Shown here: one piece after another, positions 1 through 10,060 of the stretch
Layout: every line of letters starts with the position of its first letter
How positions within the stretch are numbered: the first letter of the stretch is position 1
Assembly (NCBI GenBank): GCA_965248435.1
Contig: OZ252100.1
Span: 4,736,001-4,800,000, forward strand
Direction: 5' to 3'
Length of the DNA: 64,000 nt
Source: Candidatus Latescibacterota bacterium
Lineage (GTDB): Bacteria; Latescibacterota; UBA2968; GCA-2709665
The notes under the pieces: model-generated
What the model was told of the DNA's origin: nothing
The model's input: the letters and a program-made list of their open reading frames with translations, nothing else
The model's database searches: none
Translations under genes and position numbers: made by a program

Positions 1-74
1 CTACGGGGGGCTGCCCGTATGGCGACGGGCGTTGCGTTTGACGAGATACACTTATACGAGATACGGACTTTACC

Positions 75-2234
75 ATGGCACGCCTCAAAGGCGTAATTGA
101 GCGGATCACATATCAGAACGAGACGTCCGGATACACTGTCGCCCGGCTGCTGCCTGAAGGCCGGGGGAAAGGGGTCGTGACGGTCGTCGGTGAGACGATT
201 CAGCTTAGTGCCGGGGAGTCTGTTCTGCTGGACGGGGATTGGGCGACCCATCCGCAATACGGGCGGCAGTTCAAGATCGTTTCTTATCTGACGGAGCAGC
301 CCGCCACGATCGATGGCATTCGAAAATATCTCGGTTCGGGGATGATCAAAGGGATCGGACCGGTCACAGCCGGGCGAATCGTGGATCATTTCAAGACAGA
401 GACCCTCGAGATCATCGAGAAAGCCCCGAAGCGCCTCACGGAGGTCCCGGGATTGGGGCCCAAGCGCGTGGACGGAATCATAGAGGCGTGGCGAGATCAG
501 CAGGAGATCCGGCAGGTGATGCTTTTCCTCCAATCTCACGATGTGGGTGCCGGTTACGCCGTTAAGATCTGGAAGCAATACGGTCAGGAGGCCGTTTCGG
601 TCATTCAGGAGAATCCTTACAGGCTGGCGAGAGACATCTGGGGCATCGGGTTTCAGACGGCAGATCGGATCGCCGGGAAATTTGGCGTGGAAAAGGATTC
701 CGAAAAGCGGATCCTCGCCGGGCTTCGGCACGTGTTGAACACGGCGGCCGACGAAGGGGGACACGTCTTCCTCCCGGCCGATGAACTGATGGCCATCTCT
801 TCAGAGACCCTGGAGGTGGGCGTTAAGAAGATTGCACCCCGCCTGGAGATCCTTCGGCTGGCGGAGGAAGTGGTCGTGGAGGAGAATCGGGTCTATACGC
901 CAGCGCTGTATTATGCCGAACAGGGGACAACGACCCGAATTCACCAACTATCGAGCATCCAGAAGATCGAGGCCGGGGATGTAGATCGAGAGATTCGTGA
1001 CATTGAAGAAGCCGATGAAATTCGTTTCGCGGAGCTTCAGAGGGTCTCGCTTCGAAAGGCCCTTTCCCACAGTTTGCTCGTGATAACAGGGGGGCCAGGA
1101 ACGGGAAAGACGACCACGGTCAGGGGGATCATCAAGCTGTTCGAGGCGCGGGGTAAGCGCATCGCGCTTGCGGCACCGACGGGGCGGGCGGCGAAGCGAA
1201 TGTTCGAAGCCACCGGAAGGGAGGCGAAGACGATTCATCGATTGCTCCAGTTCAGTCCCAGGAAGACGAGGTTCGAAAGGGACTTCGAGCATCCGCTGGA
1301 GATTGATGCCCTGATTGTCGATGAAATCTCTATGGTGGACATCTATCTGATGAACAGCCTGTTGCAGGCTGTTCCGCTGAGTGCCACCCTGGTGCTGGTT
1401 GGTGATGTGGACCAGCTGCCCTCCGTCGGGCCCGGCAGCGTGCTTAAAGATGTAATCGCTTCCGGGGCTGTCGAAACCGTCAGTCTAAATGAGATCTTCA
1501 GGCAGGCGGAGGCGAGCCGAATCGTCAGGAATGCGCACGAGATTAATGTTGGTGAATTCCCTGACATTCAAAATACTCAGGGGTCCGACTTCTTTTTTGT
1601 CGAGGAAGAGGATCCGGGGAAGGTCGCAGAAACGATCTGCGATCTTTGCAAGAAGCGGCTCCCGGGCGCCTACGGGATCGATCCGATGGACGACATTCAG
1701 GTGCTGAGTCCGATGTACCGCGGAGAGACGGGCGCCGAGAACCTCAACTGTCTGCTGCAGCAGACGCTCAATCCAGATGGAACGGAACTGCAGAAGGGCG
1801 CGACCCGGTTTCGTGTGGGTGACAAGGTGATGCAGATCCGGAACAACTATGACAAGGACGTCTTCAACGGGGATATCGGCCGAATCCAATCGATCGTTGA
1901 GGCTGAGCAGGTTGTATCGGTGTCCTTCCCCGACCGAACGGCGCAATATGAGTTCTCCGAACTGGACGAGATCGTTCTGGCTTATGCAATCACTGTCCAC
2001 AAGAGCCAGGGCTCGGAGTATCGCTCGGTAATCCTCCCGTTAACGACTCAGCATTATGTGATGCTGCAGCGCAATTTGCTCTACACCGCGATCACACGTG
2101 CGAAGGAGCTTGTGGTAATCGTCGGGACAACAAAAGCGTTGGGAATTGCGGTTCGAAATAATGTAGTGAATGAACGCCATACGTTTCTGGCGGACCGTGT
2201 CCGCCAAAAGCGTCAGCTTCTGGTTTCAAGTTAA
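75..2234 (+). CDS. recD2: ATP-dependent RecD-like DNA helicase (RecD2/YrrC family)
   Basis: 719 aa. N-terminal 'LKGVIERITY..ETSGYTVARL', HhH region, Walker A GGPGTGKT, DEISM, GDVDQLPSVG, LAYAITVHKSQGSE, LLYTAITRA. Confidence 0.95.
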   Translation: MARLKGVIERITYQNETSGYTVARLLPEGRGKGVVTVVGETIQLSAGESVLLDGDWATHPQYGRQFKIVSYLTEQPATIDGIRKYLGSGMIKGIGPVTAGRIVDHFKTETLEIIEKAPKRLTEVPGLGPKRVDGIIEAWRDQQEIRQVMLFLQSHDVGAGYAVKIWKQYGQEAVSVIQENPYRLARDIWGIGFQTADRIAGKFGVEKDSEKRILAGLRHVLNTAADEGGHVFLPADELMAISSETLEVGVKKIAPRLEILRLAEEVVVEENRVYTPALYYAEQGTTTRIHQLSSIQKIEAGDVDREIRDIEEADEIRFAELQRVSLRKALSHSLLVITGGPGTGKTTTVRGIIKLFEARGKRIALAAPTGRAAKRMFEATGREAKTIHRLLQFSPRKTRFERDFEHPLEIDALIVDEISMVDIYLMNSLLQAVPLSATLVLVGDVDQLPSVGPGSVLKDVIASGAVETVSLNEIFRQAEASRIVRNAHEINVGEFPDIQNTQGSDFFFVEEEDPGKVAETICDLCKKRLPGAYGIDPMDDIQVLSPMYRGETGAENLNCLLQQTLNPDGTELQKGATRFRVGDKVMQIRNNYDKDVFNGDIGRIQSIVEAEQVVSVSFPDRTAQYEFSELDEIVLAYAITVHKSQGSEYRSVILPLTTQHYVMLQRNLLYTAITRAKELVVIVGTTKALGIAVRNNVVNERHTFLADRVRQKRQLLVSS

Positions 2235-2261
2235 ATCGAGTCGAGCGCTCCACGCACAAAG

Positions 2262-2885
2262 ATGGGTCAGGAGTTACTTCACGTGTTCACTCACATTTCC
2301 AAAGCCACCTCGACGCTGATCATCTGCCTTACGCTGATTTCACCAGACCCGGCGGCTTCACAGTCGGGCGTGGGTGTGACGATCGACCGCCAGTCTCGGC
2401 CAACTCCAGCGACCTGGTCGCAAATTATCGAAGCCTCTTTCTATGCCCCATCTGAATTCAGATTCCTCGTGACAAAGAGCGAGTTCGGTCCAGCCCAAAG
2501 CCGGGCTATTCACAGAAGATCTGAACTCAATCCCGACCGAGTCAAACGCATCGAGGCTACGTATTCACCGGCACGCTTGAGGCGCCTGGAGAAGCTTTCG
2601 GCATTCGCGTCGGAGGCGGTTCGCAAGCTGGGCGAGGCATCTTCTCCCTCTCCGGCCCAGATCACCAGGTTGCAAGCGGTTTCGCCCGGATTCAACGCCT
2701 CTCTCGTCCGCGGATCCCAGCTCAGCCAATCGGAGCGATCCAGATTGAAGCGATCCCTGCCGAAGGATCTCCTCCTCGGCTACTTGAGACGCAATTCGCA
2801 GTTTTCGGACCCGAGTCTTATCGAACGCCGGTCTCAGGCCTCTTCGGCTGAGGCCCGCGTGATACGCCGCCTCTCGACGGACTAA
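2262..2885 (+). CDS. hypothetical protein, possibly exported
   Basis: 207-aa ORF filling the gap between recD2 and the next promoter. N-terminal hydrophobic stretch TLIICLTLISPDPAAS looks like a signal peptide; the remainder is Ser/Arg-rich with no motif recognised. Confidence 0.55.
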   Translation: MGQELLHVFTHISKATSTLIICLTLISPDPAASQSGVGVTIDRQSRPTPATWSQIIEASFYAPSEFRFLVTKSEFGPAQSRAIHRRSELNPDRVKRIEATYSPARLRRLEKLSAFASEAVRKLGEASSPSPAQITRLQAVSPGFNASLVRGSQLSQSERSRLKRSLPKDLLLGYLRRNSQFSDPSLIERRSQASSAEARVIRRLSTD

Positions 2886-2894
2886 TCCTTCCGC

Positions 2895-2924
2895 TTGACA
2901 ATCCCTTCGTAGAATCTTTATGAT
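2895..2924 (+). promoter_or_regulatory. sigma70-type promoter for the GAF/HD-GYP gene
   Basis: TTGACA (2895-2900), 18-nt spacer, TATGAT (2919-2924), about 60 nt upstream of ATG 2986. Confidence 0.65.
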
Positions 2925-2985
2925 GTATGTGCTAAAGGCAAGGCGCCTTGTTTTTCCTCGTGCCGGGATGTGCTTGGAGTAACCC

Positions 2986-4578
2986 ATGCTGGCCACAGAG
3001 CTGAAGGCTCAGATTGAAAACCTCTGCCGCATCGGCATCGCGCTTTCGAGTGAGCGTGATATCGACGTGCTCCTGGAAATGATCGTAGACGAGTCCAGGC
3101 GGTTTACTCGAGCAGATGCGGGGACCCTCTATTCTGTTAGCGAGGACGGAAAGCATCTTGACTGGAAGATCGTACAGAACGATTCCATGGAGACGCGGAT
3201 TGGGGGCACAAGTTCAGTTAAAGTAGACAAGACCGTGTTTCCGCCGGTGCCTCTCGTGACTGACGGACAGGTGAACCTCTCGAACGTGTCTACCTACGTT
3301 GCGAATACGGGTCAAGCAGTGAATATTCCCGACGTTTACGAAGCAGAAGGGTTCGACTTTACCGGCCCTCGACGGTATGATGAGGCAACTGGCTATCGAT
3401 CGCGCTCCATGCTGGTTGTGCCGCTTCGAAACCACGAAGATGACAATATCGGTGTGCTGCAGCTCTTGAACGCCCAGGATTCAGAGAAAAAGGTTATACC
3501 CTTTCCGTCCGACTACGAGAACCTCGTAACATCTCTTGCCTCTCAGGCCGCGATCGGAATCACAAATGCTCGTCTGATCCAGGACCTGGAAAATCTTTTC
3601 GATTCGTTTATTCAAACGATTGCTGCCGCGATTGACGAAAAATCTCCTTACACCGCTGGCCACGTACGTAGAGTTGCGGAATTGACGATGATGATCGCAG
3701 AACAAATCAACGGGTCCAAGGACGGGCTGTGGGGGAAGGTGAGATTTGGTACGGATGAGCTGAACGAACTCCGTATTGCGGCCTGGATGCACGATGTGGG
3801 GAAAATTACGACCCCGGAGTATGTGGTGGATAAGTCCACGAAACTGGAAACGATTTACGATCGGCTTGAAACCATCCGAACGCGTTACGAGATTCTGATC
3901 CGGGATGCCGAGATTTCCAGCCTGAGGAAGAAGCTCGAGGTCCGGGAAGGCGAGTCCGACGTGCTGGATCGAATCGAAAAGGAGTTTCAACGGCAGGTGT
4001 CGGCACTCAGAGAGGAACTGGCCTTCATCACTCAGTGCAACACGGGTGGCGAGTTCATGGCCGATGAACATATCGACCGACTTGCGGGGATCGCAGGACA
4101 GAGTTATCAGATGAACGGGGACCTTCACAACCGGCTGACCGAAGATGAGGTTTACAACCTGTCGATTCGAAAGGGGACGCTGACAGAGGAGGAGCGCCAG
4201 ATCATCAACAACCATGCGGCCGTGAGCATCAAGATGCTGACTCAGCTTCCGTTTTCCAAAAAACTCGGGCAGATTCCGAGATATGCGGGCGGTCACCACG
4301 AGAAACTGAACGGGAAGGGATATCCAGGCGGGCTGACGGCAGATCAGCTGCCCCTCCAGGCACGGATCATGGCGGTCGCTGATATCTTCGAAGCCCTGAC
4401 TGCGCCGGATCGCCCATACCGGCGGCCGATGCCCCTTTCCCAGGCGCTCAAGATCATGGGATTTATGGTGAAGGATCAGGAGCTGGATCGCAAGATTGTG
4501 GATCTGGTCGTGGAGAGCGGACTGGCGTTGAGATATGCAAAAAAAGAGTTGAACGCCGACCAGGTGGACGTTGAATAG
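2986..4578 (+). CDS. GAF + HD-GYP cyclic dinucleotide phosphodiesterase
   Basis: N-terminal GAF (ADAGTLY...YRSRSMLVVPL..IGVLQLLN), SPYTAGHVRRV, HDVGK, coiled-coil insert, HHEKLNGKGYP, ADIFEALT..RPYR. Confidence 0.92.
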   Translation: MLATELKAQIENLCRIGIALSSERDIDVLLEMIVDESRRFTRADAGTLYSVSEDGKHLDWKIVQNDSMETRIGGTSSVKVDKTVFPPVPLVTDGQVNLSNVSTYVANTGQAVNIPDVYEAEGFDFTGPRRYDEATGYRSRSMLVVPLRNHEDDNIGVLQLLNAQDSEKKVIPFPSDYENLVTSLASQAAIGITNARLIQDLENLFDSFIQTIAAAIDEKSPYTAGHVRRVAELTMMIAEQINGSKDGLWGKVRFGTDELNELRIAAWMHDVGKITTPEYVVDKSTKLETIYDRLETIRTRYEILIRDAEISSLRKKLEVREGESDVLDRIEKEFQRQVSALREELAFITQCNTGGEFMADEHIDRLAGIAGQSYQMNGDLHNRLTEDEVYNLSIRKGTLTEEERQIINNHAAVSIKMLTQLPFSKKLGQIPRYAGGHHEKLNGKGYPGGLTADQLPLQARIMAVADIFEALTAPDRPYRRPMPLSQALKIMGFMVKDQELDRKIVDLVVESGLALRYAKKELNADQVDVE

Positions 4579-4602
4579 GTGATCGAAAAGGAAGTTGTGG
4601 CT

Positions 4603-4650
4603 AAAGAGGAAAGGGGACTCGCTTGTGCGCGAGTCCCCTTTCCTCTTTTT
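4603..4650. terminator. bidirectional intrinsic terminator between convergent genes
   Basis: Perfect 20-bp stem AAAGAGGAAAGGGGACTCGC (4603-4622) / GCGAGTCCCCTTTCCTCTTT (4629-4648), 6-nt loop, ending in a T-run. Confidence 0.85.
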
Positions 4651-4679
4651 AGTTGACCTCTCTAAAGAGGCTTCGTCTG

Positions 4680-5309
4680 CTAGATGTTCATCACACGGTG
4701 TATTGCCTCCTCGGAAATCTCACCCGCTCTGATGATACTGGCCTTTTCCGAAGCGACATTGATGATCGTCGAAGGCCGTGCATCGGGAAGCGTTCCGCCA
4801 TCCAGGATCAGATCCACTCGATCACCCAGCTGAGAAGCCGCCTCGATCGCCGATCGGGCAGGTGGGTGGCCGGAGAGGTTTGCGCTGGTGCTCGTAACCG
4901 GACCGCCAACACGTGCCAGAAGGTCCTGAGCGATGGGGGCATCCGAGGTGCGAAGGGCAATCGTGGAACTTGTACCGAGGAGTCCTTGAGGCAGATCGTG
5001 GGCTGCCTTGAAAACGAGGGTGAGCGGCCCCGGCCAGAACGCCTCCATCAGGTCGTGCGCGGTTGGAGGGACTTCAGCTGCGAGTCGATCCAGATCGTCT
5101 TCGCCTCGGATGAGGAGAATGACGGCCTTGCCCAAATCCCTTTGTTTGACGCAAAAAATACGGCTCAAAGCATTCGGATCGAAAGGGTCGGCGCCGAGGC
5201 CGTAGACGGTTTCGGTAGGATAGACGATTACTCCCCCGCCGCGGATGAGGTCTGCAGCGTGAGAAAGATGAATGCCGGTTGCAGGCTGGGTCGGGGCAGG
5301 AGAGGTCAT
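4680..5309 (-). CDS. tsaC: L-threonylcarbamoyladenylate synthase (Sua5/YrdC/TsaC)
   Basis: VYPTETVYGLGAD, IFCVKQR, FWPGPLTLV, TSTSANLSG, PSTII. Confidence 0.93.
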   Translation of the reverse strand: MTSPAPTQPATGIHLSHAADLIRGGGVIVYPTETVYGLGADPFDPNALSRIFCVKQRDLGKAVILLIRGEDDLDRLAAEVPPTAHDLMEAFWPGPLTLVFKAAHDLPQGLLGTSSTIALRTSDAPIAQDLLARVGGPVTSTSANLSGHPPARSAIEAASQLGDRVDLILDGGTLPDARPSTIINVASEKASIIRAGEISEEAIHRVMNI

Positions 5310-8300
5310 TTCAAGGATCGCCCCCGGTAGGAAGAAGCGAATCCACTCGTGAGCTCGAAGAATGAGGCAAACTGGATCAGGTCTCCGAAGCCGACAAACC
5401 CATCGCCGTCCAGGTCGAAACGCGTGTCCATAGAACCGAAGGCACCCGCGAAGAGGATGAAGTCGAAGAAGTCGAGCTGGCCATCGTCGTTGAAGTCGAC
5501 GGCTTCACCTCCGGGAGGCAGGCCGGGGAGCAGTCCTCGGAATTCGATCGTGAGCACCCGAATTCGGTGGTTACCTGAATCGGCGATGTAAACCCTGCCG
5601 TCTGGCGCAGCAAATAGACCGGAAGGCGTGTCCAGACTGATCTCTGATGCGAATCCCAGGTCTCCGTTGAAGCCAGATGTTCGAGTCCCCGCAACGGTCT
5701 GGATGAGTCCGCGCTCCACGTCCAGTACACGTATGACGTGGTTGTCCGTATCGGCGATGTAGAGGTGACCCTGCCGATCGAGCGCCAGGCTTCGTGGGGC
5801 CGCGAGGTTGGCGAGGAAGCCTGGCCCACCGTCACCCGAGAATCCCGGGTCGCCCGTACCTGCAACGGTGGTGATCGTGCCGAACTCGTCGACCATGCGG
5901 ACCTTGTGGTTCTGCGTATCCGCGATGAAGATTCGGCCCAGGCTATCCGCGACCACCGAGTGGGGTCGGTTCAAGCGCGCCTGGGTTGCCGGCCCGCCGT
6001 CGCCTGCATCGCCCTGCTGGATGCTTCCGGCTACCGTTGTAATCACACCCTCGGGATTTACCCTTCGAATGCGATGGTTGAACTGGTCGGCGATCCAGAC
6101 GCTGCCGCCGGGATCGGCAAAGAGGCCCACAGGGGAGGAGAGATTGGCGGCTTCGGCCGGTCCGTCGTCACCCCCGAACCCTGAGACGCCCCGACCGGCG
6201 AAGGCGACGATCGTGTCGGACAGGGCGACCACCCTTCGCACGACCTGGCCGCCCTGTTCGGCGATCAACAGGTCGCCGTTGGGGAGCAAGGCAAGTCCAC
6301 GCGGGTCAGCTACCCGCGCATCCGATGCCGGTCCCCCGTCCCCATCCGATACCGTGACCAGCTCTTCCCCAGCGATCGTAGAAATGATGCCGGACTGTGC
6401 ATCTACGACACGGATGAGGTTGCTCTGTGTGTCGGCAATGTAAAGATTTCCAACCGAGTCGACGGCGACCGCCCTGGGCAGACGCATCCGAGCTTCGGTT
6501 GCAGGGACGCCGTCACCGGGAGGGGAGAACCCGAACCCAACACCGGAAACGGTCGTGAGAGTGGCCTGCTCGGTTTCGACTCTGGGGATGAGGTCGATCG
6601 TCAGCTGCTCCTCGATCCCGACCGCCCGAGCCGTGATATGGACCGTGCCCGGCGTTTGCCCGGCCCTAAAACGCGTACTTGCGAGCCCGTCCTGTAAGTT
6701 CACAGTCCTGGGCCCCAGAAAATTTCCGCTGCCAAACTCTTTTTTGAAGGTTATGGGGAGGCCACTCAGCAGTACGGTCTCCTCCTGTTCGTTCAGAACA
6801 GCCGCGAGGATTTCGACCTCCGCATCCCCCGTAGCCACCAGAGATGAAGATCTGGGCTGGAGGAGGATCCGGACCGGTGGCAACGGAACGGTTTCGATCA
6901 TTTCGAGCGCCTGGTTGACGGGAATGTCAAACAGGCGCTGGACGATGCCAAGAGGCCAGCGGACCGTGAGCGTATCCACAAGCTCTGCATCACCGACACC
7001 AAAGGCGACCGAGAGGGCGTCATAAGAAAGGTAGGAGGACCCGCCGGACACTTCTCGAATGGCTCGCCTTCCTGAATAGGAGATCTCGAACCGGGCGCCA
7101 ATCCCATCTCGACTGCTCTGCGTTGCCCGCGGACGCACGACAAACCAGTTTCCGTTCGCTTCCTGATTGCGGTAGATCCGATCTGTCCCGTCCTGGATCG
7201 CGACGTAGAGGTCGAGCCCGCCCTCTCCGTCGAAGTCGGCCACAGCCACACCGCGGCTGTCTGCATCGACGTCTACACCGAGCTCTTCTGCGACCTGTCT
7301 GAACCGATCTTCATCGTTTCGGAAGAGGAGGTTGGGTTCACCGCTGTTTGTCACGTAGAGGTCGAGGTCCCCATCGTTGTCAAAGTCGGCCCAAGCGACC
7401 CCTCTGCCGCGGCCCGGATCGTTGACCGCCAACCCCAGGCCCAGTTCCCGGAAGAAGCCGCCTTCGTTCGAATAGAGTCTGTTCCGTTCACCGAAGTAGA
7501 CTACGTAGAGGTCTAGGTCTCCGTCGTTGTCGTAGTCGCCCCAGGCGGCGCCGGTGCTGGGCCCGTTTTCCGTCAGGCCTGTCTGATCTGTGATGTCTGT
7601 AAAGGTCCCCCCATCGTTCCGGAAGAATCGGTTCGCCCCGCTGTTCGCAAGGAAGAGGTCGGGATCCCGATCGTTGTCGAAATCGCCCCAGACGGGCTGC
7701 ACACTGCTGTTCGAATCTGCCAGTCCGAGGTCGCCGGCGATCTCGGTGAACGTCCCCGCGTCGTTTCGAAAGAAGCGATTTCGGCCGAAGTTGGCCAGGT
7801 AAAGGTCGGGATATCCATCTCTGTTGTAGTCGGCCCAAGCCGCGCCATAGCCGTCGCCCTCGTCGGCAACGCCGGCTGCCGACGCGACGTCGACGAACGC
7901 CGAGCCATCGTTTCTAAAGAGGCGATTCGGTGTTCCGAAGTTGGTAAGGTAAAGATCGAGGTCTTCGTCACCGTCATAGTCCGCCCAGGCTGCCGCGCTG
8001 CCGTCACCGTTGTCGTCCACGCCCAGGTCCGAGCCGACCTCCGTGAAGGCCCCCCCGTCATTTCGATAGAGGAGGTTCGGTGAGAGGCTCCGGACCAGAT
8101 AGAGATCGGGATCGTCATCGCCGTCGAAATCGCCCCACGCGGCCCCGAACCCGGCCCCGGAATCCCCCATCCCCACAGATTCGCCCGCGTCAGCGAACCC
8201 GCCGGGTTTGGGGACTCTTGGGACCCCGCTCAGGTTGATCAGGACGCCGGGTTCATCCGGATCGTTGGAGAAGAGCGTCAATGCGGCTCGCTGGGTATCG

Positions 8301-9985
8301 GGGCGTGTCGGGCGGAAGGTGACAGAAAGGGAGGCGACCTGACCTGACGTAACGCGCAAGAAATCCGTGAGTCCGACAGCGAACTGAGTGGTGTCGCTCA
8401 GGATCGCCCTGTCGACGACGAGCACACCGGCTCCGAGATTGGATACCAGGAGTTCCCCTGACGCCTCGCTCCCGACGAAGGTGCGTGGGAAATCCAGCTC
8501 TAGGGGGGTGACGCCGATGTCCGGGAAGAGACCAGCGCCTCGGAGGATGACCGTGGATGTCGGACGCCGTGGGTCATCGGAGCTCAGCGTGAGCAGCCCT
8601 TCTAGGCCGCCCTCCCTGATTGGGTTCAACTGGACAGCAACCTGTACGCTTTCAAAGGGCGGGATCTCGGCCGGAAGGGGTGAAGTGACGGCAAAATCCG
8701 GGACGTCGACGGTGGCGTCGGTGATCGTAAGTGTAGCGTTCCCGTCGTTCGAAACATCCAGGAAGAGGGTCTTGGGATCCCCGACACTGACCTCCCTGAA
8801 GTCGAGGGCCGTCTGGAAGAGGTCGAAAATCGGTGTCCGGAAAGATGGGTCCACGAGCCGCCTTATCCGATTGTTCTCCGTATCTACGATCAGCAGGTCA
8901 CCCCCCGGTTCGACCTGGACCCGCACCGGCAGGTTCAATTCCGACTCCAGGCCCAACCCCCCTTCTCCCACCAGACCCACCCTGCCGTTACCGGCTACGG
9001 TCAGAATGACGCCGGTTTCTGCTTCAACCATCCGAACGCGATGGTTCCCTGTGTCGGCCAGGTAAAGGTTGCCGGCGTCGTCGACGGCGATGCCGAAGGG
9101 AACGTTCAGCTGGGCCAGGGTGGCAGGCCCACCATCCCCCCCATATCCACCTTCGAGCGTGATCGGATTTGCCGCACCCCGGCCCGCGACCGTGGTTATC
9201 GTCGCCGTGGTCCTCGCAACTCTCCGGATGCGGTGGTTGTTGAAATCCGCGATGTAGAGGTTGCCTTCCGCGTCCAGTGCCAATCCCTGGGGAGAGAATC
9301 CAGCCTCGGTCGCCGGACCGTCGTCGCCCGAGTAGATGGCGCTTCCGCTGCCTGCGAACCGCTCGACGATGCCCGACGCGAAATCTATTCGCCGGACCAG
9401 ATGGTTTTCACCCCGCTGAGAGGCGCCGATCCCCTCCGCGAGGAAGAGACCTCCGTCTCCGTCAACCTGGAGGTCGACGATTTCATCGAATGTCGCTTCC
9501 GATGCCAATCCGCCGTCTCCCGCGTTTCCGCGGTCACCCGTACCGGCGATTGTCGTGATGGTTCCCGTGATGGCGTCTACTCTGCGGATCCTGCCGTTAG
9601 CCGAATCAGCAATGTAAAGGTTGCCGGCTGAATCGAGGCTCAACCCGTGCGGCTCGTTGAGCTGAGCGGATGTAGCAGGTCCATCATCCCCGGAGAAACC
9701 TGCGACGCCCGTACCCGCGACCGTGACGGCAAGACCGGTGGCAGCATCGACCTTTCGGACGCGATGATTGAAGGTGTCAGCGACATAAAAATTACCGGCA
9801 GAATCGAGCTCCGCATCAAATGGGGTTTGAAGCAGGAGTTCAACCGCCGGCATCTGTTCTTCCTCCCGATCCCCTCCACCCGCAATCGTTACGAGAACGC
9901 CCGGTTCCTGTGCGGAACCGATTCCAGCCCAAGACACCAAGAGCAGGACCGCCAGCCAGAGCCACCCTTGTCGCAGATTCATCAT
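5306..9985 (-). CDS. large secreted multidomain protein: NHL propeller, 2x choice-of-anchor-D/ASH-like Ig, FG-GAP propeller + ASPIC/UnbV, Ig-like, second NHL propeller, dockerin-like EF-hand C-terminus
   Basis: Probable start ATG 9985 after GAGGG, with signal peptide MMNLRQGWLWLAVLLLVSWAGIGSA. Many LYIADxxNHRIRRV / TxAGxGxxGxxGDGGPA repeats, WGDFDxDGDxDLY..NxLxRN repeats, REVSGGSSYLS..FGVG..VRWP, and terminal DFNDDGQLDFFDF / DLDGDGFVGFGDL. The ORF track starts at 10054. Confidence 0.85.
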   Translation of the reverse strand: MMNLRQGWLWLAVLLLVSWAGIGSAQEPGVLVTIAGGGDREEEQMPAVELLLQTPFDAELDSAGNFYVADTFNHRVRKVDAATGLAVTVAGTGVAGFSGDDGPATSAQLNEPHGLSLDSAGNLYIADSANGRIRRVDAITGTITTIAGTGDRGNAGDGGLASEATFDEIVDLQVDGDGGLFLAEGIGASQRGENHLVRRIDFASGIVERFAGSGSAIYSGDDGPATEAGFSPQGLALDAEGNLYIADFNNHRIRRVARTTATITTVAGRGAANPITLEGGYGGDGGPATLAQLNVPFGIAVDDAGNLYLADTGNHRVRMVEAETGVILTVAGNGRVGLVGEGGLGLESELNLPVRVQVEPGGDLLIVDTENNRIRRLVDPSFRTPIFDLFQTALDFREVSVGDPKTLFLDVSNDGNATLTITDATVDVPDFAVTSPLPAEIPPFESVQVAVQLNPIREGGLEGLLTLSSDDPRRPTSTVILRGAGLFPDIGVTPLELDFPRTFVGSEASGELLVSNLGAGVLVVDRAILSDTTQFAVGLTDFLRVTSGQVASLSVTFRPTRPDTQRAALTLFSNDPDEPGVLINLSGVPRVPKPGGFADAGESVGMGDSGAGFGAAWGDFDGDDDPDLYLVRSLSPNLLYRNDGGAFTEVGSDLGVDDNGDGSAAAWADYDGDEDLDLYLTNFGTPNRLFRNDGSAFVDVASAAGVADEGDGYGAAWADYNRDGYPDLYLANFGRNRFFRNDAGTFTEIAGDLGLADSNSSVQPVWGDFDNDRDPDLFLANSGANRFFRNDGGTFTDITDQTGLTENGPSTGAAWGDYDNDGDLDLYVVYFGERNRLYSNEGGFFRELGLGLAVNDPGRGRGVAWADFDNDGDLDLYVTNSGEPNLLFRNDEDRFRQVAEELGVDVDADSRGVAVADFDGEGGLDLYVAIQDGTDRIYRNQEANGNWFVVRPRATQSSRDGIGARFEISYSGRRAIREVSGGSSYLSYDALSVAFGVGDAELVDTLTVRWPLGIVQRLFDIPVNQALEMIETVPLPPVRILLQPRSSSLVATGDAEVEILAAVLNEQEETVLLSGLPITFKKEFGSGNFLGPRTVNLQDGLASTRFRAGQTPGTVHITARAVGIEEQLTIDLIPRVETEQATLTTVSGVGFGFSPPGDGVPATEARMRLPRAVAVDSVGNLYIADTQSNLIRVVDAQSGIISTIAGEELVTVSDGDGGPASDARVADPRGLALLPNGDLLIAEQGGQVVRRVVALSDTIVAFAGRGVSGFGGDDGPAEAANLSSPVGLFADPGGSVWIADQFNHRIRRVNPEGVITTVAGSIQQGDAGDGGPATQARLNRPHSVVADSLGRIFIADTQNHKVRMVDEFGTITTVAGTGDPGFSGDGGPGFLANLAAPRSLALDRQGHLYIADTDNHVIRVLDVERGLIQTVAGTRTSGFNGDLGFASEISLDTPSGLFAAPDGRVYIADSGNHRIRVLTIEFRGLLPGLPPGGEAVDFNDDGQLDFFDFILFAGAFGSMDTRFDLDGDGFVGFGDLIQFASFFELTSGFASSYRGRSLK

Positions 9986-10060
9986 CCCTCGATCAGGTCC
10001 TGACTTTTGGTCGATTACGCCCCTTCCCATCCACCCGATCAAAAACGTCTCCACCAGGCA

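Noticed and set aside
75-2234. recD2 considered as a defence or mobile-element helicase
   Set aside because: It is a canonical chromosomal RecD2 with no nuclease, integrase or defence neighbours in view.
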